Source of the DNA: Trichomonas gallinae
Taxonomy: Eukaryota
Direction of reading: 5' to 3'
NCBI GenBank assembly: GCA_008369845.1
Contig: MRSU01009997.1
Span: 1-54,894, forward strand
DNA: 54,894 nt
The notes beneath the pieces are model-generated. The model was not told the origin of the DNA. It worked only from the letters and a program-made list of their open reading frames with translations, and made no database searches. Position 1 is the first letter of the stretch. Each line of letters starts with the position of its first letter. A program made the translations under genes and the position numbers. Of the stretch, positions 51,840 to 54,894 are shown one piece after another.

Positions 51840-53804
51840 TCAAAACAACAAAAGCGCTTGTATAGCAACTGTGTTACCGCTCATGGCGGCTTTCTGGAAG
51901 AACTTCTTTGCGTCTTCAACTTTGCCTTCTCCCTTCAAAATGTTTGCGTAGAGAAGCTGTGCCTCACTTTGTACTTCTTGGAATTGAGGGCTGACATCAT
52001 TCATCTCTGCTGCCTCCCTGAGCATGTCAATGGCTTTCTGCCTTTCAGTGACAACTTTCTCAAGCAAATATTTCGCGTGAACGACCATAGCAGGCAGATA
52101 TTTGTATACAGAGCAAGTACCGAGCAGTTTCAGTCCTTCTGCTTCATTCTTCTCCGCTCCATAACCATTCATCAGAATCTGAGCAAGAGAAAATTTGAAG
52201 TCTGGCCTAACCTGCTTGGCAGACTCTCTGAACAATTTGACAGCACTCTCTATATCTCTCTGCACTCCTTCGCCGTTGTAGAGCATGACGGCGTAGTTGT
52301 GTACAGCCAAAGGGAAGCCAAGCTCAGATGATTTTCTGATTAATGCGACTCCATCAGTGTCACTTTCTTCAATTGATTTCTTGACGATTGCCCTGCCGTA
52401 AAAATACATGATTGCCGGGTCTTCTGGCCTCTGCGTGTAAAGATCTTTGTAAACAGTCCCTGCCTTAACGAAATGCCTCTGCGACCAAAGCAATCTTGCG
52501 TAGTTTAGGCCGCCGACAAACGATTTATTGCCTAAGGCGCGCCTGTAGCACTCTTCTGCTTGCTTTAAGTCGATCTCGACACCTTTTCCGAGCTCATAGG
52601 CTCTGCCGAGATTATTGAGAGCTGCCCCATCATCTTTTTCAGCAAGTCTCTGGTAGATATCTATTGATCTTGACTGATTTTGTGGAGTGATTTCGCCTTT
52701 ATCGCATTCATCAGCGTAATGCAGCATTGCGTCTCTATGGCCTGCATTAGAGGACTTTTCTAGACATGAAATGGCCTCTGCGTTGTCTTTTCCTTTGAGA
52801 TACAAATATCTTTGATATAATGATTCAGCGTCGTGGCCTTTTGCCTCTGAAATGAACTGTTCGTATACTTGTTGTGCCTCTGGGAGTTTTGTCATTGCGA
52901 GTTCTAAATATCTTCGTGATTGAGTAGAATCTTTCTGTCGTAATAAAATTCCGCATTTTAATTGAGCATGAGGGTGTCCTTTTTCTGCTGCTTTCTGTAA
53001 GTATTCGATATCCTTTCCGTTCTTGTCCCCTTCAATCGCGCAGCCGTAAGCATAGCAAGCTTTCGTTAATCCTGCGTCAGCTGCTGATTTAACAAGTCTG
53101 ATGTATTCTGATTTGTCTTTGACTGGATCCAGTGTGAGAGAAAGGTTGAATTGTGCTTGAGGAACTCCTTCATTAGATGCTTCTAATAATAATTTTTGAG
53201 CTTCTTCTGTTTTGCCTTTTTCTTTAAGTAAAACTGATAAATTGAACTTTGCGATTGAATGTCCGTATTTAACAGCGTTTTGATAGTGTTCAATAGCTTC
53301 ATCTGTTGATTGTGTTAATCCCATTACGCCTTTTTGATAAAATGAGCCCAGAGCGTTCTCTGCCGACCCATTTCCAAGCGACGCAGCCCTTTTATAAAGA
53401 CAAACAGCAGTTTCTGCATCAGCCTTTACAAATAGACCGTTTTCGTAAATATGAGCCAATAAAATAATAGCGGGGATATATTTAGCATTCGATGCACTAT
53501 TTAAAAGCGACATTCCTTTTGTAATATTGTTAGAATATGTTTTTCTGTTCAAAATGAGTTTTCCAAGTTTATATTGCGCAGGTGCGTATCCTGAACTTGC
53601 AGATTTAGTCAGTAATTCGTTCGCTTGTAGTAATTTTTCCGTTGTTTTCTTTTTTGTATAAATAATTGAAAGTAAATACTGCGCTTCGGCATTATTATTC
53701 ATCGCCAAATCTTCCAGTTCCTTGATGCTTAAATTGGGAGCCAGCGTCTTGAAAGTTGGGACTGAATCCTGCCTGTTACAAGATAGATTAGGACCTTCAC
53801 TCAT
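51840..53804 (-). CDS. Sel1-repeat protein
   Basis: Many Sel1-like repeats (AQYKLG, AENALGSFYQKG, ALNNLGRAYELGKGVEIDLKQAEECYRRA, YNGEGVQRDIESAVKLFRESA). First ATG is 53804. Confidence 0.92.
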   Translation of the reverse strand: MSEGPNLSCNRQDSVPTFKTLAPNLSIKELEDLAMNNNAEAQYLLSIIYTKKKTTEKLLQANELLTKSASSGYAPAQYKLGKLILNRKTYSNNITKGMSLLNSASNAKYIPAIILLAHIYENGLFVKADAETAVCLYKRAASLGNGSAENALGSFYQKGVMGLTQSTDEAIEHYQNAVKYGHSIAKFNLSVLLKEKGKTEEAQKLLLEASNEGVPQAQFNLSLTLDPVKDKSEYIRLVKSAADAGLTKACYAYGCAIEGDKNGKDIEYLQKAAEKGHPHAQLKCGILLRQKDSTQSRRYLELAMTKLPEAQQVYEQFISEAKGHDAESLYQRYLYLKGKDNAEAISCLEKSSNAGHRDAMLHYADECDKGEITPQNQSRSIDIYQRLAEKDDGAALNNLGRAYELGKGVEIDLKQAEECYRRALGNKSFVGGLNYARLLWSQRHFVKAGTVYKDLYTQRPEDPAIMYFYGRAIVKKSIEESDTDGVALIRKSSELGFPLAVHNYAVMLYNGEGVQRDIESAVKLFRESAKQVRPDFKFSLAQILMNGYGAEKNEAEGLKLLGTCSVYKYLPAMVVHAKYLLEKVVTERQKAIDMLREAAEMNDVSPQFQEVQSEAQLLYANILKGEGKVEDAKKFFQKAAMSGNTVAIQALLLF

Positions 53805-54094
53805 TTGCAAAAAAAATAAAAACGTGCATTTTTGTTTTTATTGCGTTTTTGCATATATAAAATTGTTTGCTGTTCAAATTCATCGAAATTTTTGTATGTT
53901 TGTCAATATTTTACTAAAATAATGAATATTTTTCGCTAATTTAGGCATCATTGCATTAAATATATGCGAATTCAAATGTATTTAATTTTATTTTTTGTCA
54001 ATCAAAATTTTTAAAAAATCAAGAATTGCATACGATTATTTTCGATTCAAATTTCGATTTAATTTAAAGTGAAAATAATCATAAGTAATAGAAT

Positions 54095-54149
54095 GGGCAG
54101 ACGACAAAGCTTATCATATTAATGCAGGGGACTTTACTTTTTGTCTGCC
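54095..54149. other. GC-rich intergenic hairpin
   Basis: GGGCAGACGA(C)AAAG at 54095-54109 pairs with CTTTTTGTCTGCCC at 54136-54149. Confidence 0.45.
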
Positions 54150-54622
54150 CTTTTTCCTGGACTTTATATTTGAATATTCGCAAATTTCCCGGGCACTTTC
54201 GTACAAGTATAACGTATAATTTTTTAGCTGTCAAATATCAAATTTACGTTGTCAGATTGTTTGATTTTTCTCAAAATTATCGGTTTTTGAAAGTGTTACG
54301 GGCGCGAAACATCCTAAAATGTTTAAAAACTGATATTATGGGATGTATGATTATTTTCATTTTAAATTACTTTTGTATTTGAATTGAAAATAATCATATT
54401 TCCTGGCTATTTTTCCTTCCTGACTTTGGATCTATTTTTAGCTATACATATAGATAACAGAAAATTAATCAAATCGTATTGTTGTAAATTTTCGTGAAAT
54501 CATTGCATTTCATTCAAAATAATTTTTAAAATAGATAATATTTGTCATAATATTTAATTTGCATCTAAATTTTAATAAAATTCAAAAAATAAATCTTTGT
54601 CATGTAAAATAATTTACAAATC

Positions 54623-54894
54623 ATGGAAGCTCACGGAATTCGTCTTTCGACCAATTTATGGCCAACGAACCAACAAGACTGCAATCAAATGAAGCTCCCA
54701 CTCGGATGCGTGTACACGCCATTGAAAAATCCCGAAATGGTTCTTAGTTATCCTCCAGTTGAATGTCCAAACTGCAGAAGCATTCTCAATCCATATGCGA
54801 AAATCGATTTCCAACGCTTCACATGGGTTTGCCCACTTTGCAACAGGTTTAATCCATTACCATCGAATTACCATGGAATGTCTGAAAGCACACC
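54623..54894 (+). CDS. SEC23: COPII coat protein Sec23, 5' part (runs off the window)
   Basis: My translation is MEAHGIRLSTNLWPTNQQDCNQMKLPLGCVYTPLKNPEMVLSYPPVECPNCRSILNPYAKIDFQRFTWVCPLCNRFNPLPSNY. This has the Sec23 N-terminus and the CxxC...CxxC zinc finger. Absent from the ORF track. Confidence 0.9.
   Translation, partial: MEAHGIRLSTNLWPTNQQDCNQMKLPLGCVYTPLKNPEMVLSYPPVECPNCRSILNPYAKIDFQRFTWVCPLCNRFNPLPSNYHGMSEST

Noticed and set aside
207..52331. Numerous 60-184 aa antisense or alternate-frame ORFs inside long genes (e.g. 51777-52331, 22757-23137, 34751-35143)
   Set aside because: These are shadow ORFs caused by codon bias of the real genes. Many start at TTG/GTG and have no domain signal.
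54125..54200. RNase MRP/P RNA, suggested by GAAAGTGCCC/AAAGTCCC on the minus strand
   Set aside because: No complementary CR-V/P4 partner downstream, and the motif is simply repeated.
1..54894. Intact transposon (Maverick, mariner, Mutator), tRNA or rRNA genes
   Set aside because: No transposase, integrase or polymerase ORF, no long TIR pair, and no cloverleaf or rRNA signature seen by eye.

Overview
This is gene-dense, AT-rich eukaryotic DNA that looks like a trichomonad (Trichomonas-like parabasalid). The evidence is apparently intron-less ORFs, Inr-like TCAYT elements just upstream of AAAATG starts, stop codons embedded in TAAA poly(A) signals, and a hydrogenosome-type MLRSF presequence. 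About 24 protein-coding genes are supported. Clear calls: SMC4, a TOR-like PIKK, a Drs1/DDX27-like DEAD-box helicase, CDC50/LEM3, a long-chain acyl-CoA synthetase, OsmC, a Sel1-repeat protein, and the 5' end of Sec23 (missed by the ORF track). More divergent calls: exportin-7-like, importin-beta-like, Spt7-like, spastizin-like, SAPS/PP6R-like, TTC23-like, TMEM128-like and multi-RRM proteins, plus several ARM/HEAT or unknown proteins. I saw no rRNA, tRNA, transposase or CRISPR array. The most unusual signals are non-coding: an 11-bp TG(A/T)CATGTAAA motif found 12 times, only between genes; a five-copy array with C-tracts exactly 21 bp apart filling a divergent promoter; and two strong hairpin regions. 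Protein-level oddities are a TOR FRB with Tyr at the Ser2035 position, a tail-anchored SAPS protein, and an Spt7 with a vestigial bromodomain. All family calls come from recognising motifs by eye, not from database searches.
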